64,000 nt of DNA from Alphaproteobacteria bacterium. Lineage in GTDB: Bacteria > Pseudomonadota > Alphaproteobacteria > Bin95. The notes under the pieces were generated by a model that worked only from the letters and a program-made list of their open reading frames with translations, made no database searches and was not told the origin of the DNA. Positions 20,717 through 30,719 of this stretch are shown piece after piece. The stretch lies in NCBI GenBank assembly GCA_963665325.3, contig OZ224045.1, positions 736,001-800,000 of the forward strand. Reading direction: 5' to 3'. A program made the translations under genes and the position numbers. Numbering within the stretch: position 1 is the stretch's first letter; every line of letters begins with the position of its first letter.

Positions 20717-21673
20717 ATGACATGGCTTACCAATGACCGGTGGATCAAGGAGCCGGCCGGGGAGCGTTTTGCCGCGCTACTGGCCCGTCCCGGCATCCTA
20801 AGGGCGCCGGGCGCCCACAACGCTATGGCCGGCCTGCTTGCCAAGCGGGCCGGCTTCGAATGCCTCTATATCTCGGGCGCCGCAGTCACGGCCTCGATGG
20901 GGTTGCCGGACCTGGGCGTCATCGGCCTGGACGAGCTCTGCCACCATGTCCGCAGTGTTTACCGGGCGACGCAGCTACCCTTGGTCGTCGATGCCGACAC
21001 CGGCTACGGTGAAGTGCTGAACGTCATGCGCACGGTCCGCGAGCTGGAGGCCGCCGGAGCCGCAGCCGTGCAGATCGAAGACCAGTTGCTGCCGAAGAAA
21101 TGCGGCCATCTGAACGACAAGCAGCTGGCGAGCCCGGAAGACATGGCACGCAAAGTGGATGCGGCGCATCGGGCGCGCACGCACCTGCGCATCGTCGCCA
21201 GGACCGACGCCGTGGCTCAGGAGGGCCTGGAGGCCGGCATCGAGCGGGCCAACCTTTACGTCGAGGCCGGCGCGGACATCGTCTTCGCGGATGCACTGAC
21301 CAGCGAAGCAATGTTCCGGCGGTTCTCGGAGGCGGTAAATGCGCCCCTGATGGCCAATATGACGGAATTCGGCCGCACGCCTTATTTCACCGGCGCGCAG
21401 TTCGAGGCGATGGGCTGCAAACTGGTGATCTGGCCGGTCTCGTCGCTGCGCGTCGCCGCCAGGGCCATGGCCGACATGTATGCGCATCTGGCCGATGCCG
21501 ACAGCACGGAAACCCTGCTGGACTCGATGCAGAGCCGGGCGGAGCTCTATGAAACCATCGGCTACGGCGAATTCGAGGCCCTCGACGCCTCGATCTCGGC
21601 CAGCGTCGTGCCTCCCGACCTGCGCGACCTCCGCGGCCACAATATCGCTGGCGCCTCTTCCGGAGAGGAATGA
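20717..21673 (+). CDS. prpB: 2-methylisocitrate lyase
   Basis: DADTGYG, IEDQLLPKKCGHL, ARTDA, ANMTEFG; GGAGG RBS before ATG 20717. Confidence 0.88.
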   Translation: MTWLTNDRWIKEPAGERFAALLARPGILRAPGAHNAMAGLLAKRAGFECLYISGAAVTASMGLPDLGVIGLDELCHHVRSVYRATQLPLVVDADTGYGEVLNVMRTVRELEAAGAAAVQIEDQLLPKKCGHLNDKQLASPEDMARKVDAAHRARTHLRIVARTDAVAQEGLEAGIERANLYVEAGADIVFADALTSEAMFRRFSEAVNAPLMANMTEFGRTPYFTGAQFEAMGCKLVIWPVSSLRVAARAMADMYAHLADADSTETLLDSMQSRAELYETIGYGEFEALDASISASVVPPDLRDLRGHNIAGASSGEE

Positions 21674-21679
21674 CCCAGG

Positions 21680-23452
21680 CTAGTAGGCCGTTCCCCCGCG
21701 GCGGTGCATGTCCACCAGAGCGCGATTGTACGCCAGCATTACATCGCGTTCGTGGATGAAGCCGACCAGGTGCCGGTCCACCCGGTTGTCCACGACGGCA
21801 ATATGCTCCTCGTGCCGCATCTCCATCAGGTTGAAAGCGCTTTCGAGATCGTCTTCCATGGTCAGCATGGGCGGATTGAGCCTTGCAGCGTCGCCAGCGC
21901 AGATCAGGTCCTGGATCCCGGGGTCGAACGCAGCTTCGTCTAGGTCGGCGAGCGTGATCGTGCCGAACAGGCGGTTCGACGGATCGACGACGAAGAGTTC
22001 TCCGTAAGGGGCAGTCGCCAGCGCCACGCGCAACTCCCGCATCTTCATGGTGCGCGGCACAGACGAGAACGACCGGCTCATCACGCCGCGCACGCGCATC
22101 TGCCGCATGGCATCCGTCTCCAGCCTCTCGTCCAGGTCGATGCCGTTCTCCGCCAGGACGGTGCGGAAATAGGAGGCGCGGTTCAGCGCGCGCGTCAGCA
22201 TGGCGGCCGTCACCGTCGCGAGGGTGACGGCCATGGTGAGTTGATAGTCCCCGGTGAGTTCGACCATGATGAGGATGGTTGAAATCGGCGCGCCGAGAAC
22301 CGCGCCCGCCATCGCACCCATGCCGACCATTGCATAGGCGCCGACGCCGGCGAAGAGATGCGGCGCAACCGAACCTGCAACGGAGCCGAACGCGCCGCCG
22401 AGCATGGCGCCGAGAAACAGCGAAGGGCTGAACACTCCGCCGCCCATACCGCCTCCTATGGTGAGCGACGTCGCCACCGTCTTGGCTGCGATCAGTCCGA
22501 TAAGCAGCCAGAGGCCGTATTCGGCCTTGAGCGCGTCGTCCGTTGCGCCATAGCCGACGCCCAGCACCTGCGGGAACACCACCGCGATCAATCCCACGGC
22601 CAGACCTGCAAGCGCAGGTCGCATCCATGCCGGTACCGTTGAAGCCTCGGCCAGCTGGGCCGTGATACGGATCGACCGGATGAAGATCACAGCCGTCACA
22701 GCCGTTAAGCCGCCGAGCAGCACGAACGCGGGAAATTCCAGCCAGGAGCCCAGGCTGAATTCGGGCACGATGAAGGCCGGGTATGCCCCGTATACGGCAT
22801 GCGAGATGAGGGTAGCGACCACGGAGGACACGGCAACCGGAACGAGCGCGCCGAACGCGTAGCGGCCGATGACCACCTCCTGGGCAAAGAAAATCCCGGC
22901 GAACGGCGCGTTGAACGACGCCGCGACAGCGCCGGCGACGCCGCAGGCGAGCAGCGTCCGGGCCGCGCCCCGTCGATCGTGGAACTGCCGCGCCAGGCAT
23001 GAAGCCACTGCCGCGCCCAGATGCACGACCGGGCCTTCCCGTCCCGAAGACCCGCCAGCGCCCAGCGTGAGCGCGTTCGCCACAGCCCCGTGCAAGGCCG
23101 GCACCAGATCCATGCGACCGCCTGCGGCGCTCGCCTCCATGACTTGCGCCACCCCCATGGGCCGACCGCGCAGGAAGACGCGGATATAGATACCGACAGC
23201 CAGCCCGCCGATCGTGGGCGCAAGCACGACCTGCCAGGCCGGCAGTTCGGCGATGAACTCGGTAAGGTCTTCTTCGCCCGTGCCGAGGAAGACCGTCTGG
23301 AAGATCGCAAGCAGTTCCCGAAACAGCACGGCGCAGCATCCGGCAGCCAGCCCGACGACGAGCGCGACTGCCACCAAAGCGATCTGTTCGTCGTCAAAAG
23401 CTTGCCGAAGCCTGGCGGCAGTACGCTGCAATGTCTCCCTGCCCGGGTTCAC
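21680..23452 (-). CDS. ClC chloride channel/transporter with C-terminal CBS domains (start uncertain)
   Basis: GGSSGREGP, FNAPFAG, GGVFSP, ELTGDY; tandem CBS-like C-terminus. Confidence 0.9.
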   Translation of the reverse strand: MNPGRETLQRTAARLRQAFDDEQIALVAVALVVGLAAGCCAVLFRELLAIFQTVFLGTGEEDLTEFIAELPAWQVVLAPTIGGLAVGIYIRVFLRGRPMGVAQVMEASAAGGRMDLVPALHGAVANALTLGAGGSSGREGPVVHLGAAVASCLARQFHDRRGAARTLLACGVAGAVAASFNAPFAGIFFAQEVVIGRYAFGALVPVAVSSVVATLISHAVYGAYPAFIVPEFSLGSWLEFPAFVLLGGLTAVTAVIFIRSIRITAQLAEASTVPAWMRPALAGLAVGLIAVVFPQVLGVGYGATDDALKAEYGLWLLIGLIAAKTVATSLTIGGGMGGGVFSPSLFLGAMLGGAFGSVAGSVAPHLFAGVGAYAMVGMGAMAGAVLGAPISTILIMVELTGDYQLTMAVTLATVTAAMLTRALNRASYFRTVLAENGIDLDERLETDAMRQMRVRGVMSRSFSSVPRTMKMRELRVALATAPYGELFVVDPSNRLFGTITLADLDEAAFDPGIQDLICAGDAARLNPPMLTMEDDLESAFNLMEMRHEEHIAVVDNRVDRHLVGFIHERDVMLAYNRALVDMHRRGGTAY

Positions 23453-23462
23453 CGGGTCCGAC

Positions 23463-23966
23463 CTATCTGCATTGGCCGATAGAACCCTGCGCACAGACAT
23501 GCTTGCCGTCCGTCCATACGGCCCCGGAAAGGTCGGCATCGAAGAAGTCCGCCTGCCTGAGACGCGCGCCAGTGAAGTCCGCGCCCTCCAGCTGGGCTCT
23601 AAAGAAGCGGGCCCGGCGCAAGTCTGCTTCCTTGAAGACCGCCCCCCTCAGGTCCGCCTTGGTGAAGTCCGCTTCGTTCAATCTGGCCCCGTCGAAACGG
23701 GCATCGCGGAGTCCAGCAGAGATGAACTTGGCGCGCGCTCCGATCACGCCGGTGAAATCCGCCCTTTCAAGATTAGCCCGCTTGAACGACGACGAACGGA
23801 TTTTCGCGCCGGCCAGATTGGCTTCCGGCATATTGCGCTCGTCGAAAATGCAGCGGTTCCACTCGACGTCGGGCGCGGCCGCGTCGGTACAGAACGCTGC
23901 CGCAGAACCGGCGAAACCGACGAGGAACAGGATTACGGTTCGCACCAACATGGGCCTGCCCATCAT
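23463..23966 (-). CDS. Secreted pentapeptide repeat protein
   Basis: Signal peptide, A(D/N)L/Fxx repeats, terminal WTDGKHVCAQGSIGQC. Confidence 0.88.
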   Translation of the reverse strand: MMGRPMLVRTVILFLVGFAGSAAAFCTDAAAPDVEWNRCIFDERNMPEANLAGAKIRSSSFKRANLERADFTGVIGARAKFISAGLRDARFDGARLNEADFTKADLRGAVFKEADLRRARFFRAQLEGADFTGARLRQADFFDADLSGAVWTDGKHVCAQGSIGQCR

Positions 23967-23986
23967 CCTCTTCACCGGCGCTCTAA

Positions 23987-24472
23987 TCAAGCGCCGGATT
24001 TACGCCGGATCCCGATGACACGGCCTGCTTTCTCGGGGCGCGGCAAAGCCTCATGCCGTGCCTTGGTGTCCGCCAGCTTCGCAAGAATGTCGGGTGGAAA
24101 CGGCGCGGAGCGGCGCAGGTCCATGTCGACATGCATGGCGATCAACTCGTTGGTCGCCGCCGCAAAACCCTTCTCGGCGTGATACATGACATGAAAATAA
24201 TGAAGCCGCTTCTCATCGAAATCGAGCAATTGCGTCGTAAATCGCAACGGGTCTCCTTCCAGAACCTCCTGGTCGTAGGTAATGTGGCCTTCCAGCGTGA
24301 AGGTCGAAAAATTACCAGCAGCCTTGTAATGTTCTCCGCAGCCCATTGCATCGTAAAAGGCGTCGGTAGCATGGTCGAAAGCAAGGAAATAAAAGGCGAC
24401 ATTCATATGGCCGTTATAGTCGATCCATTCGGGCTGGACAACTTCTCGGTGTTCGTCGAACAGAATAGACAT
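23987..24472 (-). CDS. Thioesterase family protein (4HBT-like hot-dog fold)
   Basis: VQPEWIDYNGHMNVAFY, FTLEGHI, DEKRLH. Confidence 0.87.
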   Translation of the reverse strand: MSILFDEHREVVQPEWIDYNGHMNVAFYFLAFDHATDAFYDAMGCGEHYKAAGNFSTFTLEGHITYDQEVLEGDPLRFTTQLLDFDEKRLHYFHVMYHAEKGFAAATNELIAMHVDMDLRRSAPFPPDILAKLADTKARHEALPRPEKAGRVIGIRRKSGA

Positions 24473-24494
24473 ATCTCGCTTCCGTATCCGTTTC

Positions 24495-25616
24495 TCAAGC
24501 TGTTTTTCTTGGCAGCACGACGGTCGCCGTGCCCAGGGCGGATGTGCGCTCGTGCTGGTTGATGCAGCGGATGGCGCACTCGACCCGGCCTTCGCCGTCC
24601 ACGATCCCGGTCTCGACCACCTCGCCCCTGCACCATGTGGCGTCACCGACGACATTATGGCCGCGGACCTGGACATTGAGGCGCTTCAGGAAGCCGTCGT
24701 CGCCCATCCAGTCGGTCACCAGGTGGCCGAGCCATGCAATCCGCTCCGGGCCGAAATCATAGGCTCCGGGAACGCCGACTTCCTGCGCGAATTCCCGGTC
24801 CCAATGCACGCGCACGGGCGGCTCCGGCACGTTGTTCCGGTTGCGTGCCGCCAATTTCGGGTGCCGGTTGTAGTACTGCCAGGCCTGCCGGTGGTTGCGG
24901 ACCGCGTAGTTGCCCCAAGCCTGCATGAAGGCCACAGCCGCAGTGACCGTATAGGGTCCCTTCAGGACCGGCCCCAATACGTCGCCTTCCCTCACATCTT
25001 CGAAATACCGGGTCTCTGCGCCCCGCGGTGCTTCTGAGAGGTATTGCGCCTGAAATTCGGCAATTTCCTCCTCGCTGTACCGATGCGGTTCCATGAGTTT
25101 CGGTTCGTATTTGGAACCACTGGTCCGCGCCGTATCCCGCTCGGTCCTAAAACACCAGGAGTCCGCTTCGGCGACTTCGCGGTCGTCCTGGTCAAAGAAG
25201 CGAATGCGGTAAATCTGTTGAATGGCGACGCCGGCAAACCGGGTCCGATGCTCGACGATATCATGTAGCCGCGACTCTGCGCGGAACTTCATCCCTACTT
25301 CGATCGGCCGCTTCCAGCGGAAATCGGTGCCGGCGAACATCGCATGGACGCCCGGAAGGCCCTCCACCGCCCCGGAAACCGTGTTCTCGAGGCTGTAGAG
25401 GATGGAGGGCGGGGCCAATTGCCGGCCCCAGCGCGTGCCTGCCGCATAGGCGGCATCGTGGTAAAGCGGGTTGTCGTCCCCGATCGCCCATGCGAAGCGG
25501 CTCGCCGCATCGGCATTGACCTCGGTGTAGAAGGGCGGCGTGACCCTGCGCACAGGCTGACCGATGCGGGCGCGAAGCTGAGCGACATCCACTTCGGTAA
25601 TCCGGCTATGCGCCAT
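24495..25616 (-). CDS. Double hot-dog (MaoC/FAS1-like) acyl-CoA dehydratase
   Basis: FAWAIGDDNPLY...LAPP in the N-terminal domain; RVHWD, GAYDFGPER and TDWMGDDG in the second. Confidence 0.78.
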   Translation of the reverse strand: MAHSRITEVDVAQLRARIGQPVRRVTPPFYTEVNADAASRFAWAIGDDNPLYHDAAYAAGTRWGRQLAPPSILYSLENTVSGAVEGLPGVHAMFAGTDFRWKRPIEVGMKFRAESRLHDIVEHRTRFAGVAIQQIYRIRFFDQDDREVAEADSWCFRTERDTARTSGSKYEPKLMEPHRYSEEEIAEFQAQYLSEAPRGAETRYFEDVREGDVLGPVLKGPYTVTAAVAFMQAWGNYAVRNHRQAWQYYNRHPKLAARNRNNVPEPPVRVHWDREFAQEVGVPGAYDFGPERIAWLGHLVTDWMGDDGFLKRLNVQVRGHNVVGDATWCRGEVVETGIVDGEGRVECAIRCINQHERTSALGTATVVLPRKTA

Positions 25617-25663
25617 GGGCGACTCCTTCAGGCTCTCTTCGGGCCGGCGCTTTATAGAACCCG

Positions 25664-26896
25664 TCAGGCGAGTGCGTCGAGGGCAGCTTCCAGCTGCGGA
25701 CGGTGCTGCGGGTCGGCAATCGCGATCATCGCGCGGGCGCGCTCCTGCAAGGACCGCCCGGCGAGTTCCGCAATGCCGTGCTCGGTGACAACCGCGTCGG
25801 CGTCCGCCCGCGCCGTCGTAACCGGCCCCGACAGGCGGGCCACGATCCGCGAATGCTGCCCGGCCGTCGACGGCAAGGCCACGATGCCCCGGCCTCCCGG
25901 GCTGTGCAGGGACGCGCGCTGAAAATCTCCCTGTCCGCCAATAGCGCCGACGTAGCGCCCGTTCAGCGCCTCGGCATTCACCTGCCCCGTCAGATCGACC
26001 TCGATGGCGGAGTTGATGGCGAAGAAGCGCTCCAGAGTCGCAAGCACCCGCGCGCCGTGGATGTGGTCGGACCCCCGCATCCCGAAAGCAGGATTGCGGT
26101 CCACATAGCGGTAGAGCCGGGGCGTTCCGAACAGGAAACCGGCCGAAACGAGGCCGGGGTCGGTCTCCCTGTACCGGTTCGTTACGGCGCCGCTCTCGAT
26201 GAAATCAACTGCGGCCTCGTCCAGCAGACCAGTGTGAATTGCAAGGTCGCGCTTGCCGGCCAGCGCCTGCTGCACCGCTGCGGGAATCGAGCCGATGCCG
26301 AACTCGAGCGTCGCGCGATCTGGCACCAGCCGCGCCACATGCCCGCCGATGGCGTGCTCGACCGGGCCCGGCCGGCGTGGGGGCAGCAGTTCCAGGGGCG
26401 CTGCGGCGGGAACCAGAATGTCGATGCACTCCTCGCCGATGAGTGCGTCGCCGCCGGTCCAGGGCAGGTTCGGGTTTTCCTGCGCGATCACCTTGGTCCC
26501 GTTTGCCATATAGGCCGGGTTATGGCCCACAACGGTGCCCAGGCTCCGCCGGCCGGACGTGTCCGGGGGCGTCACCTGAATGATCATGAGGTCGGGGCGC
26601 AGATCTGCCATTCGGGAATAGTGAGAGGGTCGAATATCGACCGCCCCGCGCTCGAAGAGGTCGAAATAGCGGAACAGCGTGCAATAGGTGGAGATGTCGA
26701 AGCGGGAAGGGTCGATTTCCCGGAGCGTGTCGGACAAGGTGACGCCGATGAACAGCCTGGCCTTCAAGCGCTCCTGCTGGGCGATCAGCTTCGCCGTCAG
26801 CGCGGTCGGCTCACCCGAACCTTCGGACCAGGTAACGAGCGCGCCGGAGGGAATGACCCGCGCGAAGTCGAGCCGCTCCAGAGGACAGACTTCCAT
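25664..26896 (-). CDS. Acetyl-CoA hydrolase/CoA-transferase family (4-hydroxybutyrate CoA-transferase-like)
   Basis: FGIGSIP, AINSAIEVDLTGQVNAE, GGQGDF, VVTEHG, IAIADP. Confidence 0.88.
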   Translation of the reverse strand: MEVCPLERLDFARVIPSGALVTWSEGSGEPTALTAKLIAQQERLKARLFIGVTLSDTLREIDPSRFDISTYCTLFRYFDLFERGAVDIRPSHYSRMADLRPDLMIIQVTPPDTSGRRSLGTVVGHNPAYMANGTKVIAQENPNLPWTGGDALIGEECIDILVPAAAPLELLPPRRPGPVEHAIGGHVARLVPDRATLEFGIGSIPAAVQQALAGKRDLAIHTGLLDEAAVDFIESGAVTNRYRETDPGLVSAGFLFGTPRLYRYVDRNPAFGMRGSDHIHGARVLATLERFFAINSAIEVDLTGQVNAEALNGRYVGAIGGQGDFQRASLHSPGGRGIVALPSTAGQHSRIVARLSGPVTTARADADAVVTEHGIAELAGRSLQERARAMIAIADPQHRPQLEAALDALA

Positions 26897-26899
26897 CCG

Positions 26900-27157
26900 T
26901 CAGCTGCATCCGAACGGGAAGAAACGGAGCGCGAAGCGTTGCGCGTCGTCATTGTGCTCGAACCAGAAGACCTGGGTAAGGTCGGGTTCCAGCACCGCCG
27001 TCCAGGGATGCACCAGTTCCTTCTCGCACCAGGCGATCATCGGCCGGGGATCGCGGCGGGCCGGCGGCGTGCTTCGGGGACGCCACATGCTGCGTTTCGG
27101 AAGGATGCGCACCGGATACCAGGTCTCCGGCGGCAGCTCTGCTGACCCCTGCTCCAT
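26900..27157 (-). CDS. Small hypothetical protein
   Basis: 85-aa ORF filling the gap before the CoA-transferase; no recognisable family. Confidence 0.55.
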   Translation of the reverse strand: MEQGSAELPPETWYPVRILPKRSMWRPRSTPPARRDPRPMIAWCEKELVHPWTAVLEPDLTQVFWFEHNDDAQRFALRFFPFGCS

Positions 27158-27199
27158 GATCGGCTAGTCTGGCCGGACCTGCGGCGGGGACGCAAGCCC

Positions 27200-28390
27200 A
27201 TGACTTTCGAACTGACGGACCGGCAGCGCGCCTTGCAGTCGGCGGCGAGGGAATTGGCCGAAGGGCCCGTGGTGGCGCGCGCGGCCGAGGTGGACCGGAC
27301 CGAAGCCTATCCCTGGGATCATGTCGAGCGCCTCGTCGAAGCAGGCTTCGTGGGCATGACGATTCCCGAATCCTATGGGGGAGGGGGACGCTCCTGGCTC
27401 GACGCCGTGCTGGTTATCGAGGAGATGTCGAAGGCGTGCTCGGTTACCGGACGCATCGCGGTCGAGACCAATATGGGCGCGATCAGCGCGGTCATGGCCT
27501 ACGGCACAGAAGAGCAGAAGCGCATGGCCGCCGACATGGTGCTGGCGGGCGACAAGCCGGCGATTTGCATTACGGAGCCGGAAGCCGGGTCCTCCGCCGG
27601 CGAAATGACCACGAGGGCGGACCAGCGCGGCAACCGCTATGTCCTGAACGGCGGCAAGCACTGGATCACCGGCGGCGGCGTGTCGCGCCTGCATCTGATC
27701 TTCGCGCGGGTGTTCGACCGGGACGGCGAGGAGCAGGGGATCGGGGGCTTTCTGGCAATTCGCGACGAGACCGAGGGGCTTCGGATCGTCCGGCGCGAGC
27801 CGACCATGGGCCTGCGCGGCATTCCGGAAGCGGAGATCGCATTCGAGGACATGGAGCTCCCGCCCTCCATGATGCTGATGCCGCCGCGTGGCCTCAAGAA
27901 GGGCTTCGCCGACCTGATGACCGCCTATAACAGCCAGCGCGTCGGCGCGGCGACGGTGGCGCTCGGCATCGCCGAGGGCGCCTACCGGATGGCGCTCGAC
28001 TGGTCCGAGGAACGCGAGCAGTTCGGCCGGCCGATCAACGAGTTCCAGGGCCTGCAATGGAAGCTCGCCGATATGTCCATCAAGCTCGCCGCCAGCCGGG
28101 CGCTGGTCTATGGCGCGGCGCGAAGCGGCGAAGACGGTTTCCCCGACATGCTTCTGGCTGCGCAAGCGAAGGTGATGACCTCCGAGAGCGCGATCCAGGT
28201 GGTCAACGACGCGCTCCAGTTCTTCGGCGCGCGGGGCTATTCGCGCAACCGCCCGCTGGAGCGAATGGCGCGCGACGTGCGCATGTTCACCATCGGCGGC
28301 GGCACGGCCGAAGTGCTTCGCAATGTCGTCGCCGGCGCGATCCTCGGCAAGAAGCTGCCCCAGACGCGGGACGGATACCTCAAGGCCTAG
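27200..28390 (+). CDS. acdA: Acyl-CoA dehydrogenase family, 3-sulfinopropionyl-CoA desulfinase-like
   Basis: LAGDKPAICITEP, HWITGGGVSRLHLIFARV, AYNSQRVGA and KLPQTRDGYLK match my recollection of Advenella Acd(DPN7); the R/C/Q residue set is present. Confidence 0.78.
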   Translation: MTFELTDRQRALQSAARELAEGPVVARAAEVDRTEAYPWDHVERLVEAGFVGMTIPESYGGGGRSWLDAVLVIEEMSKACSVTGRIAVETNMGAISAVMAYGTEEQKRMAADMVLAGDKPAICITEPEAGSSAGEMTTRADQRGNRYVLNGGKHWITGGGVSRLHLIFARVFDRDGEEQGIGGFLAIRDETEGLRIVRREPTMGLRGIPEAEIAFEDMELPPSMMLMPPRGLKKGFADLMTAYNSQRVGAATVALGIAEGAYRMALDWSEEREQFGRPINEFQGLQWKLADMSIKLAASRALVYGAARSGEDGFPDMLLAAQAKVMTSESAIQVVNDALQFFGARGYSRNRPLERMARDVRMFTIGGGTAEVLRNVVAGAILGKKLPQTRDGYLKA

Positions 28391-28424
28391 CCGGGGCCTG
28401 AGCGGCGCAACGCGGGAGTCTGAC

Positions 28425-29294
28425 ATGAGCCGACTGTTCACCGAAGCCGGGTCCGCCGATATCGTCGTCGAGCGGCTGGCGGGGTGCGGGGATCCCCGGT
28501 TCCGCGAAGTCATGGAGTCCGCCATCCGGCACCTGCATGCCTTCGTGAAGGATGTGCAGCCCACCGTCGAGGAGTGGGCGAGGGCCATCGAGTTCCTGAC
28601 CGCAACCGGGCAGATGTGCGACGACCGGCGCCAGGAGTGGGTGCTGGCCTCCGACGTCCTGGGAGTTTCCATGCTGGTGGAGACGCTTAACAACCGCGCC
28701 AAGGACGGCAGCACGGAGGCGACGGTGCTCGGACCGTTCCATGTGGACGGTGCGCCGCAGCTGGAGTTCGGCAGCAACATCTGCCGCGATAGCAAAGGGA
28801 TGCCCTGTCACGTGTCGGGCCGCGTCACGGATGTTGACGGCGTGCCCCTTCCCGGGGCGAGCGTGGATATTTGGCAGACGAACGCCGACGGCTATTACGA
28901 CGTCCAGCAGCCCGAAGTGCAACCGGAGATGAACCTTCGCGGGCGTTTTCTGACGGACCCGGACGGGCGCTACGCCTTTCGCACGATCAAGCCGGTGTCG
29001 TACCCGGTGCCCACCGACGGCCCGGTGGGGGATATCCTGACCCGCATGGGCCGCCACGCCTGGCGGCCGGCGCACATCCACTTCATCGTGAGCAAGCCCG
29101 GCTACCGGCGGCTCGTGACGCACATCTTCGCCCACAACGACCCCTACATCGACTCGGACGCCGTTTTCGGGGTCAAGGAGTCCCTGCTGGTCGAGTTCCG
29201 CGAGCACGATGACGACGCGCGGGCGCGCGACCTCGGCGTGGCGTCTCCCTTTTGCACCGCCGAGTTCGACATCCGGCTGACCCGGCAACCATAG
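28425..29294 (+). CDS. Intradiol ring-cleavage dioxygenase (hydroxyquinol/catechol 1,2-dioxygenase family)
   Basis: TEATVLGPF, WQTNADGYY, YPVPTDGP, WRPAHIHF, DSDAVFGVK. Confidence 0.92.
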   Translation: MSRLFTEAGSADIVVERLAGCGDPRFREVMESAIRHLHAFVKDVQPTVEEWARAIEFLTATGQMCDDRRQEWVLASDVLGVSMLVETLNNRAKDGSTEATVLGPFHVDGAPQLEFGSNICRDSKGMPCHVSGRVTDVDGVPLPGASVDIWQTNADGYYDVQQPEVQPEMNLRGRFLTDPDGRYAFRTIKPVSYPVPTDGPVGDILTRMGRHAWRPAHIHFIVSKPGYRRLVTHIFAHNDPYIDSDAVFGVKESLLVEFREHDDDARARDLGVASPFCTAEFDIRLTRQP

Positions 29295-29368
29295 CTCGCG
29301 CGCCGCACGGCCATGGTCTAACATGAAAGACCTCAGCAATCGGTGAAACGGCAATATCGGGAGGAACG

Positions 29369-29854
29369 ATGCAAGCCAGAACATTGAGATGGACAGGCGT
29401 CTGCGCTCTCGCCCTCGTCGTGGCGGTTGCGGCGTTCGGTCCGGAGCAGGCCGCGGTTGCCGACCAGCACGGACAGGTGGCGGAAGAGCGAAGCAAGCTC
29501 ATGAAGGGCATGGGCGGCGCGATGCGCACCCTCAAGGGCTTCGTCGAGGGGCGGAACTCGGCCGAGGAGGCGTCCGCAGCGGCAGACGTCATCGCCGCGG
29601 CGGCGCCGAAGATTCCGGATGTCTTCCCGCCGGGCACCGGCATGGGCGCGGACCCGAAGTCCGAGTCGAAGGACGTCATCTGGGAAAAATGGGATGAGTT
29701 CACGGCGGCATCGACGTTGCTCGGGGACAAGGCGGCGGCCCTCAAGACTGCCTTGGCCTCCGGAGATGCCGGCGCCGCGGGCGCCGCGTTCGGAGACCTC
29801 GGCAAGAACGGCTGCGGCGGCTGCCATCGCCAGTTCCGCGAGAAACGGAACTAG
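29369..29854 (+). CDS. Class II cytochrome c (c'/c556-like)
   Basis: Signal peptide, RSKLMK, IWEKWDEF, C-terminal CGGCH heme motif. Confidence 0.9.
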   Translation: MQARTLRWTGVCALALVVAVAAFGPEQAAVADQHGQVAEERSKLMKGMGGAMRTLKGFVEGRNSAEEASAAADVIAAAAPKIPDVFPPGTGMGADPKSESKDVIWEKWDEFTAASTLLGDKAAALKTALASGDAGAAGAAFGDLGKNGCGGCHRQFREKRN

Positions 29855-29866
29855 CCCGGACGCCGC

Positions 29867-30553
29867 CTAGAAGACGCGCGCGGCAACCTCGATTCCGCCG
29901 AGGACCGCCGCCGCCGCCAGCACGAGCACGAGGAGTGCGCGCCGGTCGGAGACGAGGCGGGGCGGGGTCTGACCGGCCGCGAGCCGCCCGCGCCCGGTCA
30001 GCATCGCTTTCGTGAGATTCTCCCGCTTGTAGAGAAGGTGGAACAGCACGGCCGCGATGTGGAGGCCGACGAGGATAAGAAGACCATCCACCACCATCGC
30101 GTGTAGTTCGGCAGCCTCCCGTGCCGCGTCATAGCTGACGAGGAAGCTGAGCGGACCGTCGTTGAGCCCGTCCACATCGACCGCGAAGAGCCCGAGGCTC
30201 GCCTGCACGACCAGAACCAGCAGCATCGCGACGACCGACAGTCCGCCGAGCGGGTTGTGCCCGGCGCGCCCGTCGGGCTCGCGCCGGACGAGAGTCGGCA
30301 GATAGGCGACGATCTCCCGCACCGGGCGGATGAAGGCGCGAAATCGGGATGAGGCGCTGCCCGCAAAGCCCCACAATATCCGCGCGGCGACCAGTACCAG
30401 CAGCGCCTGCCCGGCCGGGATATGGATATCGAATCGCCCGTTGCGCCCGCTTAGGTAGCAGACGACGACCAGCACGACGAGGACCCAGTGGAAGACCCGG
30501 GTCGGCCGGTCCCAGACGGGTGCCTCCCTCGGACCTTCTCTACCTTCGGTCAT
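29867..30553 (-). CDS. Cytochrome b/b6 domain protein (Ni-hydrogenase cytochrome b-like)
   Basis: VWDRPTRVFHW, RILWGF, GHNPLG, LHIAAV, ENLTKAMLTG. Confidence 0.9.
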   Translation of the reverse strand: MTEGREGPREAPVWDRPTRVFHWVLVVLVVVCYLSGRNGRFDIHIPAGQALLVLVAARILWGFAGSASSRFRAFIRPVREIVAYLPTLVRREPDGRAGHNPLGGLSVVAMLLVLVVQASLGLFAVDVDGLNDGPLSFLVSYDAAREAAELHAMVVDGLLILVGLHIAAVLFHLLYKRENLTKAMLTGRGRLAAGQTPPRLVSDRRALLVLVLAAAAVLGGIEVAARVF

Positions 30554-30719
30554 GCACCTTCCCCCGCGCCTGGTCCGCAACGCCGGCTGTCTGGAAGGTC
30601 GACGAGGCAAGTGCTGCGTCTGCCAACAGACCGACAAGAGTCGTGGATTTCATTGGTCCCTCCTGTCGCTACTGCGGCGACTTGTACCACCCTGGGATGA
30701 ACGAATGCCAGCCTGGCCT

